A DNA stretch of 63,690 nt, the filler included, from Octopus bimaculoides (Eukaryota), in assembly GCF_001194135.2 (NCBI RefSeq). It is 3 parts of 3 records of this genome, joined end to end, with 100 filler letters (N's around TTAATTAATTAA, not from the genome) between each part and the next. Parts side by side here need not be neighbours in the genome. Positions count along the whole stretch, not along the records: positions 1 to 29,809 come from NC_068983.1; positions 29,910 to 60,921 come from NC_068984.1; 1 more part is not named here. One strand, 5' to 3'. The translations under genes and the position numbers were made by a program. Below are positions 24,062 to 36,842 of this stretch, one piece after another. The notes below the pieces were generated by a model that saw nothing but the letters and a program-made list of their open reading frames with translations, did not search any database and was not told where the DNA came from. The number at the start of each line of letters is the position of its first letter. The stretch's first letter is position 1.

Positions 24062-26089
24062 CATTATTATTGCTAAGCTTTTTTATTCTCTTATTTCCCA
24101 CGTGACTAATAATACTTTACGCTGAGTAGCATTTCCTCTAGTAATGATATTTTGTGATATTTCATTTTAAGTTAATACTTTTTCTGATGAGATCATCCTG
24201 TTGACGAGGATAATGATGATGCTGCTGCTGATACTGCTGCTGTTGTTGTTGTTGTTGTTATATATAACTGTACGTATAACATCCGCCATACAAATATCAA
24301 TAGTCCGTGTGTTACAACATTAAAACTATCCAACATAATTGATATCCTAATAGATAGTATGTGGTGTCTGTCGCTATATTTCCATCGCTATTTCAGGGCG
24401 AAACTTCCGGTTCAAATTAGCATGACGTCATAGTATCTGAAGGAGATAGCTTCATCCCGCGAGATTCTCCTCCATCCATTTTAATAACTTGGGCGACTTT
24501 TTACCGAACAGTGTCGCAGTGAAAATGTCCGGTGGAAGAAAAGATTGGAAATTATGAAGGAAAAGTGGACACTGTGTAATGTAATGGAAAGAAAATTGAG
24601 AAAACTGCGCTGGAAACGAAATCAGAACAAGCTGACTTGGAATAAAATTATGTACAGCCATCTTTGACATGTTCGTGTACATTCGAACAAAGTAAGACGA
24701 CATGCAATAGAAGTCGTACTCAGATAAGAAATTCTCCTTCAAAACACATCCCTAAATCATGACTGACATCAGCGAACCGTAGGGTGCATGTGTTCGTGCG
24801 TCGTTGTGCTTCATCAGGTACGTTTACTGAACCGCCGTTCATGGTCACTGGGCGCTGGTCGCTCTTACAATAGACTAGCAAATGGTACATTTGCTGATGT
24901 ACATAAAGACTTCTCAAGCTCGAATAAATTACCCAAAAGCACACGAAATCGTGTTAAATGAAATATTCTTAATTACAGATTTATTAAAATCATTATGTAT
25001 CATTCCACATTGCTTAGCGTGTCTTTAATCAACTTGGAATAACTTCCCTTTTTCTAAAGATGTGTTCATCACGATAGTTCTTTTTTCACGAGATGAGTAC
25101 ATCGTGTTAATTCTTCCAAAATTAATTTCAAACACAAACAAAAGAATCAACAATCGATCGAATCAACTTCAACACACGCTGATACTTTATATTATCAATT
25201 CTGGATAAATAACCTCTACTGAGGGGAAAAAAAGGATCGGGGAGTACATGCCATAACCATGAGTTTCAACCAAAAATCAGATGAATTAATCAACAAGCGC
25301 CAGGTGATGACAAACAAAACAATTGATATTTATCGATAAGAGAAAGAAAGTCATGCTTAAAACCCAGAGGCCACTGTGTGTGCATGTGTGTGTGTACGTG
25401 TGCGTGTGCGTGCGTGTATTGGCTAACAGTCTTATCTCAAAGCTGTCGCGGTCAAACTATGTCAATGACCAGGCTGCAAATAGTACGACGAGAATGCTGG
25501 CACCGAAGAATAAATGTTTCGGTAAAGCTAAAAGTTTCCTTAGTGGTTTGAATGGCTAATATATGGCTAATATATAATGGCTAATATATATTGTTTTAGT
25601 TGCAACACAGTCTCAGATCAAATCATTTCTGGGATAAGTACAAATCCGAAATAAATCATGAACATTGTAAGGAGAAATCATTGATCTTCTGCAATGACTT
25701 TGTTTTAAAACAATCTCTTATTATTTTATCTATTGCCGTTATTTTACTGATTGACAGAACGATTAATTATTCGATTAGTTAATTAGTTAAATGGTGAAAT
25801 AATTGATTAATAATAACAGAAGTGAAATAGAACCAGTATGTGTATTCATTACTGACATTATGACCTTCCCATAATACAACAAAATATATGTATTTTTCAG
25901 CGAGTTCTAAAATACTCATCCTGCACCTCTTATGTTAACTCTCTCTGTATCTTTTAAAAATTTTCTTTGTATCTTTTCTCTCCCTCTCCCTCTCTCTCAT
26001 TCCTTCTCTCGATATAGTGTAAAGTGTGATTGAAAACAAACCACCAAACCAAGCAATTAACATTTTAATCAATCAGTTAGTATTATGCA

Positions 26090-26835
26090 GGGATCGATCG
26101 TGGCGGGATGGCAAAATCGTTAAACGAACAAAACGCTTAGCGGCATTTCGTCTCTTTTTACGTTCTGATTTCAAGTGCTGCTGGGGTCGACTTTGCCCTC
26201 TATTCTTTTGGAGTCGATAAAACAAATAGCAGTTGACCACTAGGGTCGGTTTAATCGATTTATCTCCTCCCCGAAATTATTGACCTTGTGCCAAAATTAG
26301 AAAGCATCACTTTACAGAGAGCTAAGGCAGTGAGTTGGCAGAAACGTTAGCACGCCGAGCGAAATGCTTAGCGGTATTTCGTCTGCCGCTACGTTCTGAG
26401 TTCAAATTCCGCCGAGGTCGACTTCGCCTTTCATCCTTTCGGGGTCGATTAAATAANNNNNNNNNNNNNNNNNNNNNNNNNNNNNNNNNNNNNNNNNNNN
26501 NNNNNNNNNNNNNNNNNNNNNNNNNNNNNNNNNNNNNNNNNNNNNNNNNNNNNNNNNNNNNNNNNNNNNNNNNNNNNNNNNNNNNNNNNNTTTGTTTGTC
26601 CCCTCTGTGTGTAGCCCCTTGTGGGCAATAAGGAAATAAGAATCATTAGCGAGTCGGAAAAAAATGCTTAGCAGCATTTCATGTATCTTTATATTCTGAG
26701 TTCAAATACCGCCGAGGTCAACTTTGCCTTTTATCCTACGGGGTTCGATAAATAACAAGCAGTTGAGCACTGAGGTTGATGTAATCGACCAGACTCCCAC
26801 AACCAAAATCTGAAGCCTTGTGCTTACAGCAGAAA
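26090..26835 (+). mobile_element. Three head-to-tail SINE family B copies
   Basis: B-box GAGTTCAAAT and GTCGAT motifs recur at about 26165, 26400 and 26700. Confidence 0.8.
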
Positions 26836-26940
26836 AGATTGCTATACAAAGATCTCACATTAGTACAAAGGCAAGTTTTTAAAGAAATGGATATAAACTA
26901 ATGACTCGATTGTAGGTAAGTGAAGGAAGTAACCAAAGTG

Positions 26941-27300
26941 ATAGGTTTGGCGAAACGAAAGGTTAAGGAGCGAAACGTATAGCTTAAGGGGCGAAACGCA
27001 TAGGTTAAGGAGCGAAACGTATAGGTTAAGGAGCTAAACGCATAGGTTAAGAGCGAAATGTATAGGTTAAGGAGCAAAACGTATAGGTTAAACGTATAGG
27101 TTAAACGTATAGGTTGAGGAGCGAAACGTATAGGTTGAGGAGCGAAACGTATAGGTTGAGGAGCGACACGAAAGGTTAAGGAGCGAAACGTGTAGTTTAA
27201 GGAGCGAAACGCATAGGTTAAGGAGTGAAACGTATAGGTTAAGGAGTGAAGCGTATAGGTTAGGGAGCGAAACATATGGGTTAAGGAGCGAAACGTTTGT
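26941..27300. repeat. 21-bp minisatellite, about 17 units
   Basis: Consensus TAGGTTAAGGAGCGAAACGTA with variant units. Confidence 0.9.
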
Positions 27301-28719
27301 AACCCTGAGATACCTGTAGATGACAGAGATTTTCGATTCTGCGAGTGATTCACAAGATGACCTGGCAATTTCACTGAGTAGCTTCTGCAGTTTCTGCGTG
27401 TAGTAAAAGCATCTCCGATGTTTAATTCACTCGATGGCTGCTTCTTACTTTATTGACATCGGGGGAAAAATTAAAAGCTAAATCGACACAGCAGCGTTTT
27501 TAGAGCTTAATGTGTTTCAGAATTGCACCAGATTGTTGGCCAACACTACCATTTATGGCTTTTCATCAATCTAATAATAACAATATTTTCAGATTCATCA
27601 TATTTTTTAGGCTTCCAGAACCAGAAATGGTTGTTTCATCTCATCATTCTTTTAATGTTTTGTATTAATTTTCTCTCATTTTTTCTCATTATTTCTTTCT
27701 AAAAGATTTAATCTCATTTTATTTCACTAAATAAAGTTATTTTATAAGAGGGAAAACTTAATGATTTCCCTGGTTTTTCATTATTAATCAATCGATGTTT
27801 GAAGTATTTATTTACATCGAAATCAAACATTGATCTTGATGTTTATTTTCCAATATTTATATGAAATTCAATCAGGGTTTTAAAAGCTTAAATTATTATC
27901 GAAATTAAACTTCATATTTTATATTATTTTATCACGCATTTATGTGTATTTATTTTTCTGGCTGCAAACAGTGGAGCGACAGGCTAGAGGTTTCAAAGTA
28001 TCTGCTTGGATGCCTCAAGTTTTTCAACTTAATCCCACCGGAACAGGCTTTGCGTTTCATCTTCAATCGATAAAACAAATAGAAGTTATACATTTAATCG
28101 ACTATAATTTTTCTTTACAAATTAGACTTGTACTAATTCAGACCAATGTACTAAGTGTCTACCAATACATTTTAGTTTCGTACTTCAGTGTTCTGATTTC
28201 AAATACCGCGGGGATGACTAACACAAAAATAAATGCCATTTTCTAAGAATCTTATACTAACATACTTAGTTTCTAGCGGTACGTTTTAGTTTCGTTCCAA
28301 GAGTAACAGCCATGCTCAACGGATCGCTACGTTCCTTATTTACCTCTTGTTGAGGTGGACATTCACTTACATCTTTCTGAGGAAATAAAATACCAGTCAA
28401 GTGGTAGAGTGGATGCATTCGACTTAGCATCTCATTCAAATTTTAGCCCTTGTTTGCCTTTTGCGTATGTTAGAAGCAAAAGTCCACTCAGCTGGCAAAA
28501 ATGAGTAGTACCTGTATTCCAAAGGGCCGGCCTTGTCACACTCTGTGTCACGCTAAATCTCCCTGAGAACTACGTTAGGGGTAAACGTGTCTGTGGATTG
28601 CTCAGTCACTTGCACATTAATTTCACGAGCAGGCTGTTCCGTTGATCGTATCAGATGGGACCCTCGTCGTCGTAACCGACGGAGTGCTCCTATGTTAGAA
28701 GCAATTATTATTATTATCA

Positions 28720-28750
<31 letters not shown>

Positions 28751-28760
28751 TATTATTATC

Positions 28761-28813
<53 letters not shown>

Positions 28814-29079
28814 CATTGAGTGAGAGAGCAGAGCATGATCTTGCAGGTGAGGCCCAGTTAGAATTTTCTTCGGGTTGAGTATCCTATCTCACTCAAAAAT
28901 ATCTCTGAATTAAGTTTGTTTAAGGATGATGAACAAAACAGCCATTTCTATATTTAAGAGATGAGGAATTATGTACATTATTTACATTATTTACATTTGA
29001 CGGATATTTGTCCTCATCTTGTTTGTTGTTAACACAACGTTTTGGTTAATATATCCTCCAGCCTTCATCAGGTATTCTG

Positions 29080-29606
29080 GGGAAATTTCGAACCTGGGTT
29101 CTCTTTCCTAAGGCTGTTCCTAGCAGGGGTACTTTTTGGATAGCCTGTAGTATTGAGGATCCAGGTATAGCTTCTACGTTTTCGTTCATATGTTTTGTTT
29201 TTGTTTTTTTGTTTTTTTATCATGCCCAACGCTACAGTTATTACTGGTATTGTTTTCACCATCACACCCCACATCTTGAACACTTCGAAAATTTCATCAG
29301 ACCCCACATCTTCAACAGCTTCGACAATTTCTTCACTTCGTTTAGGACATATTTTGGTCAGAAACGACTGCAATGTCTATCAGTAAGCAGGTGTGCTTTT
29401 TTTTTTCCATTCCTTGATTATTATGTCTGGGCGATTAGTTTATATTTCTTTGTTGGTTTGAACATACATATCGCAGATGATTGTGGTCTGGTCGTTGTCT
29501 TGTATTTTGTTTGGTACATCTTTATACCATTTATTGTCAGCTCTTATGTTGTGGTATTGGCATACTGTCCAGTGGCTATAACTACTTACTCGACTGTGTC
29601 TGTGTA
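29080..29606 (-). mobile_element. RLE-type retrotransposon nuclease fragment preceded by (TAA)n
   Basis: HSRVSSYSHWTVCQYHNIRADNKWYKDVPNKIQDNDQTTIICDMYVQTNKEI*TNRPDIIIK...KTIPVITVALGMIKK. Confidence 0.8.
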
Positions 29607-29656
<50 letters not shown>

Positions 29657-29853
29657 GCTTTTGTTTTTGAAATTTTTTTTGTGCTGTAACTCGTCCTTCC
29701 ATATTGCCCTCCATGTCTTGGGTCCTCATGGCCAACAAAAGAAATCATCATCATTATTATTATTATTGTTCGGTAGTTTTATTTTTATAACGTGCTTTCA
29801 CTTCACTACNNNNNNNNNNNNNNNNNNNNNNNNNNNNNNNNNNNNNNNNNNNN

Positions 29854-29865
29854 TTAATTAATTAA
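29854..29865. other. TTAATTAATTAA spacer inside an N gap (second copy at 60966-60977); probable assembly linker
   Basis: An identical 12-mer sits alone between N runs twice and carries stop codons in all six frames. Confidence 0.75.
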
Positions 29866-30271
29866 NNNNNNNNNNNNNNNNNNNNNNNNNNNNNNNNNNN
29901 NNNNNNNNNATATATATATATATATACATGCATATATGGGTACATGACGTCACCAACGGTTCAAACAACATGAAATCCGTAAACAAACGTGTAAAATACG
30001 TAAACAATGAGAAATAAATGGAGAACAGTACAAGTAAACGCAGTGTTCTCTGCTGACGAAAAACAACAGTGATCAGTTATTCACGTTCGAACCTGCCAGA
30101 ACTTACTAAAAATGGATAAATACGCTTTATTTATCCATTGGATTTTCGCTGTTCTGCATGTATGCCATGAATTATAGTCGATTAAAATTTCAAAGATGCA
30201 GTTGATAAACAAGAATGAATTATGAGTAAATTTTACGTGTAAAATATGGGAATAAAGATAAATAAGTATAC

Positions 30272-30441
30272 CTTTATAAATAGTTGTGGGCACATTACTT
30301 CTTCCAAATCCATTCTTTGAACCTCGGAATCCTTTTGGTATGGTTGTATTATCTCCGCATCGTGGAAATTTGCAGCACTGAGAATCTAGTGGATCTGGTT
30401 CCATAGTACAGCTTGATGGCACGTGTGAAAAGCTTTCGCAT
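30272..30441 (-). CDS. VWC-like repeat 4, C-half plus linker exon
   Basis: tgtttatatag|A TGC GAA...TAT AAA G|gtatac; 170 nt; CESFSHVPSSCTMEPDPLDSQCCKFPRCGDNTTIPKGFRGSKNGFGRSNVPTTIYK (inside track ORF 30081..30569). Confidence 0.9.
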
Positions 30442-32658
30442 CTATATAAACATAGTGAAACTCCGTGAAAATTACTTAAAAAACTAATTGTTAGGAACAT
30501 TGTCTTTTTTATGCTTCTACTAGAATCCCTGTGTTCTTTCTCACGTAGACTCAATAACTTCTTTAACATCGTGAAGTAGCTGCTACAGTCTATTTACCTC
30601 TTATTTTATTTCTTTATTTCCCACAAGGGGCTAAACATAGAAGGGACAAACAAGGTCAGACAAAGGGATTAAGTCGATTACACCGACCCCAGTGCGTAAC
30701 TGGTACTTATTTAATCGACCCCGAAAGGATGAAAGCTAAGTCTACACACCACTTATGAACGTTAGCACTCTAATGTAAACCATACGTATACCAAATTGGA
30801 GATGAAATATGTCACAAGCAATATTTTGTTAAAAAATAATAATAATAAATAAATAAAATAAATAAAAGGAAAGGAAAGGAAACATTGAGATAAGTACTAG
30901 AATAATTTTATTTCTTAAGACAGTGTCTCTTGGTTGTAAATAACATGAAGCTATTTGCGACACGAAAATAATTTTTAAAATTCTATATAAAAATGTGAAA
31001 AATTACTATTAAAATTCTAAATAGAAATTCTTGATAACTACTCGTATATTTCTTTTATCGAAACACGAAACATTCAATAATATTCGAGAGTTTAATCATA
31101 TTTGTAGGTTAAATGTTATAAATGTCATTTTAAAAAAATATTTACGTAGTTTGTACGCAAAATGTGGCAATACAGGACGACCATAAATCCGGATGGACGG
31201 ATGTGTCTAAACTGATAGAAATGTAGAGTCACTATACCGAGTTCATCTGAAACTCGTAAAATGCGTCGAACTTTGCATCGTTAATGGTGAAAACCATGTT
31301 GAAAATGTTATTTATTAATGTAGCTGAATAAGAACTATTGAAAATATACATTTTTGCCAATGTATGTAGATTTACGGTCACCCTGTATATCTTCATTCGT
31401 TGTAAAATGCAATACAAATAAAACAAAATTTTGCGAGCTAATACTTTGAAGTAGATTTGAATCTCTGTACAGAACTTCTATCGTGATTGATTAATGATAT
31501 ATTGAAAAATTTAACACTTTGTCGTGTTTTGGCCGTGATATTTTATTAATTTAATAATTTCACAGTATTTAATTCGCTCTTTCATTCTATTTTATTTGAA
31601 TAAGAAAGATCCTATGTTGAATTTCAACGGAAATCACTCAACAATACGTTATTGAGGCTAGTTGGACAATAGATAACAAATATGATATACATACATACAT
31701 ACATACATACATACATCGTATAAGGTGAATAATACCTGGTACTAGTGAAAGGAGAAAATGCTATTTACAACCAATATGGTAGTAGATATATGACAACGAT
31801 AACCGCATAGATGGTTGAATGTAGGTTGAAAACATTTCAGTAATCAGCGTCGGCGTTCTCCATTCTGAGTTCGAATTCTGTCAAAATCTACCTACTGTTA
31901 ATACTACCTATCCTATAAAATAAATATCAAAATATCAGCCAACAAGGTAGACTCTGCGGAGTCACATGACCTGTTGGAAATATCAGCAAGATTTCCCTTA
32001 TCTCACACGCCCAAGATCGTTCGACAAGAAAGACATATTGGATAATGCAACGATAAATACAGTATATCACGGAAAATGACTGGACAGATAAATCCGGGAT
32101 ATTTTTTTGGCTATTAGTCCAACGAGCTCAAAACGACATAAGCACCGGTCATAGAGTAGAGAGGTGGGTGAACGTCAAGCAATTAGACAAAACTTTCATG
32201 GATTACTTCTTGTCAAAGCCTCGTAGGTGTACAGTGTACCGTAACCACCGAAGATAAGAAGAAATATAGTAAATTAATTTAGAATATAGAAGTACCAGTA
32301 GACTCATGATCATGCGAATAATCGAGAAATAAATAATTAGATAATAATAATAGATAATATCTATCACAAGTCAAGAAGTGTCATTTCTGACTACAGGATC
32401 GGAGTCAAATAAATGGACAAAAGCTCCCTAGACGGACTCTTACCAAGACCAAAAGGACTAAGCCCACGTAGTTGTAAAGGGGTACTGCAGTGTAAGCACC
32501 AAAGATTAATGGTAATATAGTAAATATATTTTAGTAATATAGGAATAGTAATATCGTAATATATAATTCCGATTAAGCCATCACTATAAAAAAGCAAAAA
32601 TTGATTTTCGTGACAGTAAGAATTCAACACGAAAGCAGCTGTAGCACTTCAGAAGTTT

Positions 32659-32729
<71 letters not shown>

Positions 32730-35700
32730 NNNNNNNNNNNNNNNNNNNNNNNNNNNNNNNNNNNNNNNNNNNNNNNNNNNNNNNNNNNNNNNNNNNNNNN
32801 NNNNNNNNNNNNNNNNNNNNNNNNNNNNNNNNNNNNNNNNNNNNNNNNNNNNNNNNNNNNNNNNNNNNNNNNNNNNNNNNNNNNNNNNNNNNNNNNNNNN
32901 NNNNNNNNNNNNNNNNNNNNNNNNNNNNNNNNNNNNNNNNNNNNNNNNNNNNNNNNNNNNNNNNNNNNNNNNNNNNNNNNNNNNNNNNNNNNNNNNNNNN
33001 NNNNNNNNNNNNNNNNNNNNNNNNNNNNNNNNNNNNNNNNNNNNNNNNNNNNNNNNNNNNNNNNNNNNNNNNNNNNNNNNNNNNNNNNNNNNNNNNNNNN
33101 NATATAGAATTCTTCAGATGATTGATTCGCTTATCGTCTGCGAAAATATACAATATATAGAAACAATAGCTAATAAAATAAATCTATTTCTCCATTATTC
33201 GAAAATTTATTAAATTTTGGTTTCTTAATCTTTTTTGTTATTATAATGTGTAGTTGAGAAATGTTTGAAGAATAATATTGTTTATGTTGTTTTGTTTGGT
33301 ATTTTCAGGAAGGAAGTTTCTTTTAAAGTTTGTTTTCATGTTCTTCAGCTTGAAAATTTAAATTGGTAAACTAGAGAATTTTCCAATCTGAAGATGAGCG
33401 ATAAATAAAATGGAACGTTTTTCTCTTTATCAACAAGGAATTTTAAATTTCAACTCAAATTGAAAAACACTAAGAAAAAAAAAAACAATACGAAATTATG
33501 AATCGATGAAAATAATTCAATCACTTGCTGAAACTTGATGGATTTCGACTTCGATCTTGGAGATCGGTTACTAAGACAGCAATGCTTTAATGAAGATTTC
33601 TGTCAGAATTGGCACTTCTTGACTTACAAAAGATATAATCGATTATTATCATTTCATTATGTATTTCTCAATTATTTGCATGATTATCAGTCTACTGGTA
33701 TTATGATCTGTCACTGACACTAACACTGTCCATAGCCTATTCTACTGCTTCGGTGTAATTTGTTGTTAATAGTTACTGTGTGTGGTAGATACAGTTTATT
33801 ATATTGAGCTTAAAATGGAGACCGTAATGTATACACTACCAACGTTCATGTCTTGAAATAGGATCTAATGTGTTACTTGAATTTCAAATTCATGCAATAA
33901 GTTCTAACATATAAGGCAACAGCTCACTAGGGAACCTTGCTAACCAATAAGGAACCTCTACGCCGTTGGTCAGCTTCTAAAAATAAAGGCGAAGTTTCTT
34001 CCTAAAATTACATCTAATTGTCTTTAAAAAATTACGCCAACTTCGGACTACGGAATTTTACATGAAAAAAGAAAACGAAGCAGTTACTGCTTAAACGGCT
34101 CTGATCATTGGTCCCCTCGGCCGTGCCAGACTTGAGATTAACAATAATAACAGCAACAAATCTTACACTCTGTTCCAAGCAAGCTGAAATATATTAAACG
34201 AAATGAACAGCAATAAACCAAACGGTCTATTTGTACAACAGCAATAAATACATTAAACACAGCAATTACCGAAAAAATAATATGCATTTGAACATTGTAG
34301 CCCTAGAGAAATATTACTACATAACTAGAAACAATTTCATTACCTATCTTGGCATCGGTAATAGCCGTACTTTCCATTTTCACAAACACATGATTTGCTG
34401 CAGCCATCATGCCACGTGGTTCCTTCAGCATATGCAGTTCCTTTGTAGAAGCACTTCCCTGGATATATGAAAAAAGGAAATTACCCGTCATGGTTGTATA
34501 GCACTGTAATCTCTTGAGAACATTACTGGAGATTTTATTTCTATGTAACATACCAAGTGCAACTGTTCTGAAACTGGAGGTAATTCTTTTACGAAGTATG
34601 AAAAAACATTGCCAGAGGGAGTATTTGGTTCGTTGACTAGGATAATACGGGGATCAAATAAATTTGATTAATGAGTACAGCGAAAAGCGAAATCTCGAGA
34701 GAAAGATAAGAGAAAAAAGTACAGAGGCTAGTTTGATTTAATAAAGCTATGTAAAGTTACGTAGCTATTATTTCGTCTCATTATGTCTCCTAGATCGGCT
34801 TATTAGTTCTAATGTCAAGCTCTTATGGTGCTTAGTGTACGAGAAAAAACATTCAATAGAAAGGGTGTAAAACTAAAGTAAGCTATTTTAAATCAGTTTG
34901 AACTGAAGAGCACTGCAATTCAACGAATCACTTAAAGAGTGTATAATATCACCCTTATTTACTGCAGCAAATACTATACTATACTATACTATACCATAGG
35001 AGATGACTATTATGATGATGAGGGAGAAAGCTTCGCAGGAGTAGAGTAGTGGACTAAAATGCCTTTCAGTAATAAACTGCGTCTCTCAATCTTCAAATTT
35101 TTTAGATCATTCTGAATTCAGCCTTATCTTTTAGTCGGTCAGAGTAAGATAATTACCAATTTATATTGCAGTCGATACAATTGGTTCTACCCACCTTACA
35201 AATTTGGCTTTACATCTTATTATTATTAGGTTTTAAAAGCCCGTAATAAATTGCCTGTCAGTATCTATTATCATTACTTATGCACTTGGTTTTGATTTCT
35301 AGCCTCCAATCGAACTACTGACTCATACTTATAATTTATCTCTTCAAGGCGTGTAATTAAGCTTTAGCAGTACTCTAAGTGGAATCGAATATATGAATCG
35401 TGGCACATCCGTTCAGTAACTGTTCCAGTGACGTAATAAAAGGCTGACAGGTTCGTCGCCAAAATGTTGTTGGTTTCGGGACTGAATTTTGTCCACAAAT
35501 GCAATACTATTAAAGAAAGAAACGAAAGTCAGTAAGAACGAACTTCAAGATACCTGCGACATGCACTGGTGTTGAAAGGTCGGGGCTAGCAGTTGAAGGT
35601 AAGCATTGAAGCGTGTTGCAGCAATCATCGTCTTCGTCACGAACAATTCGGCACCCTTGTGGAGGTCTTCCCAAATATGAACATCTAAAGTAGAATCATA

Positions 35701-36238
35701 AAGACAAGCTGAAAACTATATTCCATGCTAATTTTTTTTTTTTTTTTTCAAATTACATTGTACTTGTTTTTCTTTGTTTATTAATAATTATAATCATTTA
35801 AGATAATATATATTACTCAAAATGACACAATGGAGGAGGAGTTACATGATACTATTCTCAAGAAACAGTGTGATTGATCATTTCGAACAATACTGATTCC
35901 ACTATTTGGCTTTCACAATACATCTAGTTTCCATTTGTGTGCGTGTATATGTGAAGGCGCGTGGTCTAGTGGTTAGAGGTCTTACGCTCAAGATCGTGAA
36001 ATCGTGGTTTCGATTCTCAAACATGCCGCTTGTTTTGTTCTAGAGCAAAACACTTCATTTCACGTTGCTCTTTTCAACTGTAAATGGGTAACTAGGGGAT
36101 GCACTAGCCTTCCGAGCAAAAGGTATGTTGCCTGCTCGCGGGGTGGAATCATTCGAAAGCTAAGATGATGCGCAGTGCATTGTGACCAGCGAAGTGCATT
36201 GTGATAAGTGATATCTAATAATTTCTCATAGGTTGATT

Positions 36239-36287
<49 letters not shown>

Positions 36288-36810
36288 TGAGGGTGATAAA
36301 TTGAATATTAATTTAATTAACACATCAATTTAAAACCAGTGGCCTAACATATAAAAAAATTGAAAATTCAGAAAAATTATATTACATGAGTATAAGAAGG
36401 ATGACCACTAAGTGGACATCCGTTATGCTAGAAAGAGGTCATCAACGACCCAACCACAAAGGAAAATAATGTTCTCTAGAAAAAAAAATCAGCAAACACC
36501 AGAACATAAGCGGGCAAGACAAATGAAAAATATACAAAATAAAGAAATAATTGTAGACAATTCTTTATTTTGTATATTTTTCATTTGTCTTGCCCGCTTA
36601 TGTTCTGGTATTTGCTGAATTTTTTTCTGGAAAACATTATTTTCCTTTGTGGTTGGGTCGTTGATGACNNNNNNNNNNNNNNNNNNNNNNNNNNNNNNNN
36701 NNNNNNNNNNNNNNNNNNNNNNNNNNNNNNNNNNNNNNNNNNNNNNNNNNNNNNNNNNNNNNNNNNNNNNNNNNNNNNNNNNNNNNNNNNNNNNNNNNNN
36801 NNNNNNNNNN

Positions 36811-36842
<32 letters not shown>

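Noticed and set aside
26898-27374. 158-aa ORF with RSLTYTF repeats; possible CRISPR-like array
   Set aside because: It is a 21-bp minisatellite without unique spacers, there are no cas genes, and the context is eukaryotic.
28360-28385. Apparent 6-nt microexon (cag|AAAGAT|gtaagt)
   Set aside because: It appears to lie within a diverged SINE family B remnant.
29854-29865. TTAATTAATTAA palindrome as a biological site (also 60966-60977)
   Set aside because: It is isolated within N runs twice and matches a six-frame-stop assembly linker.
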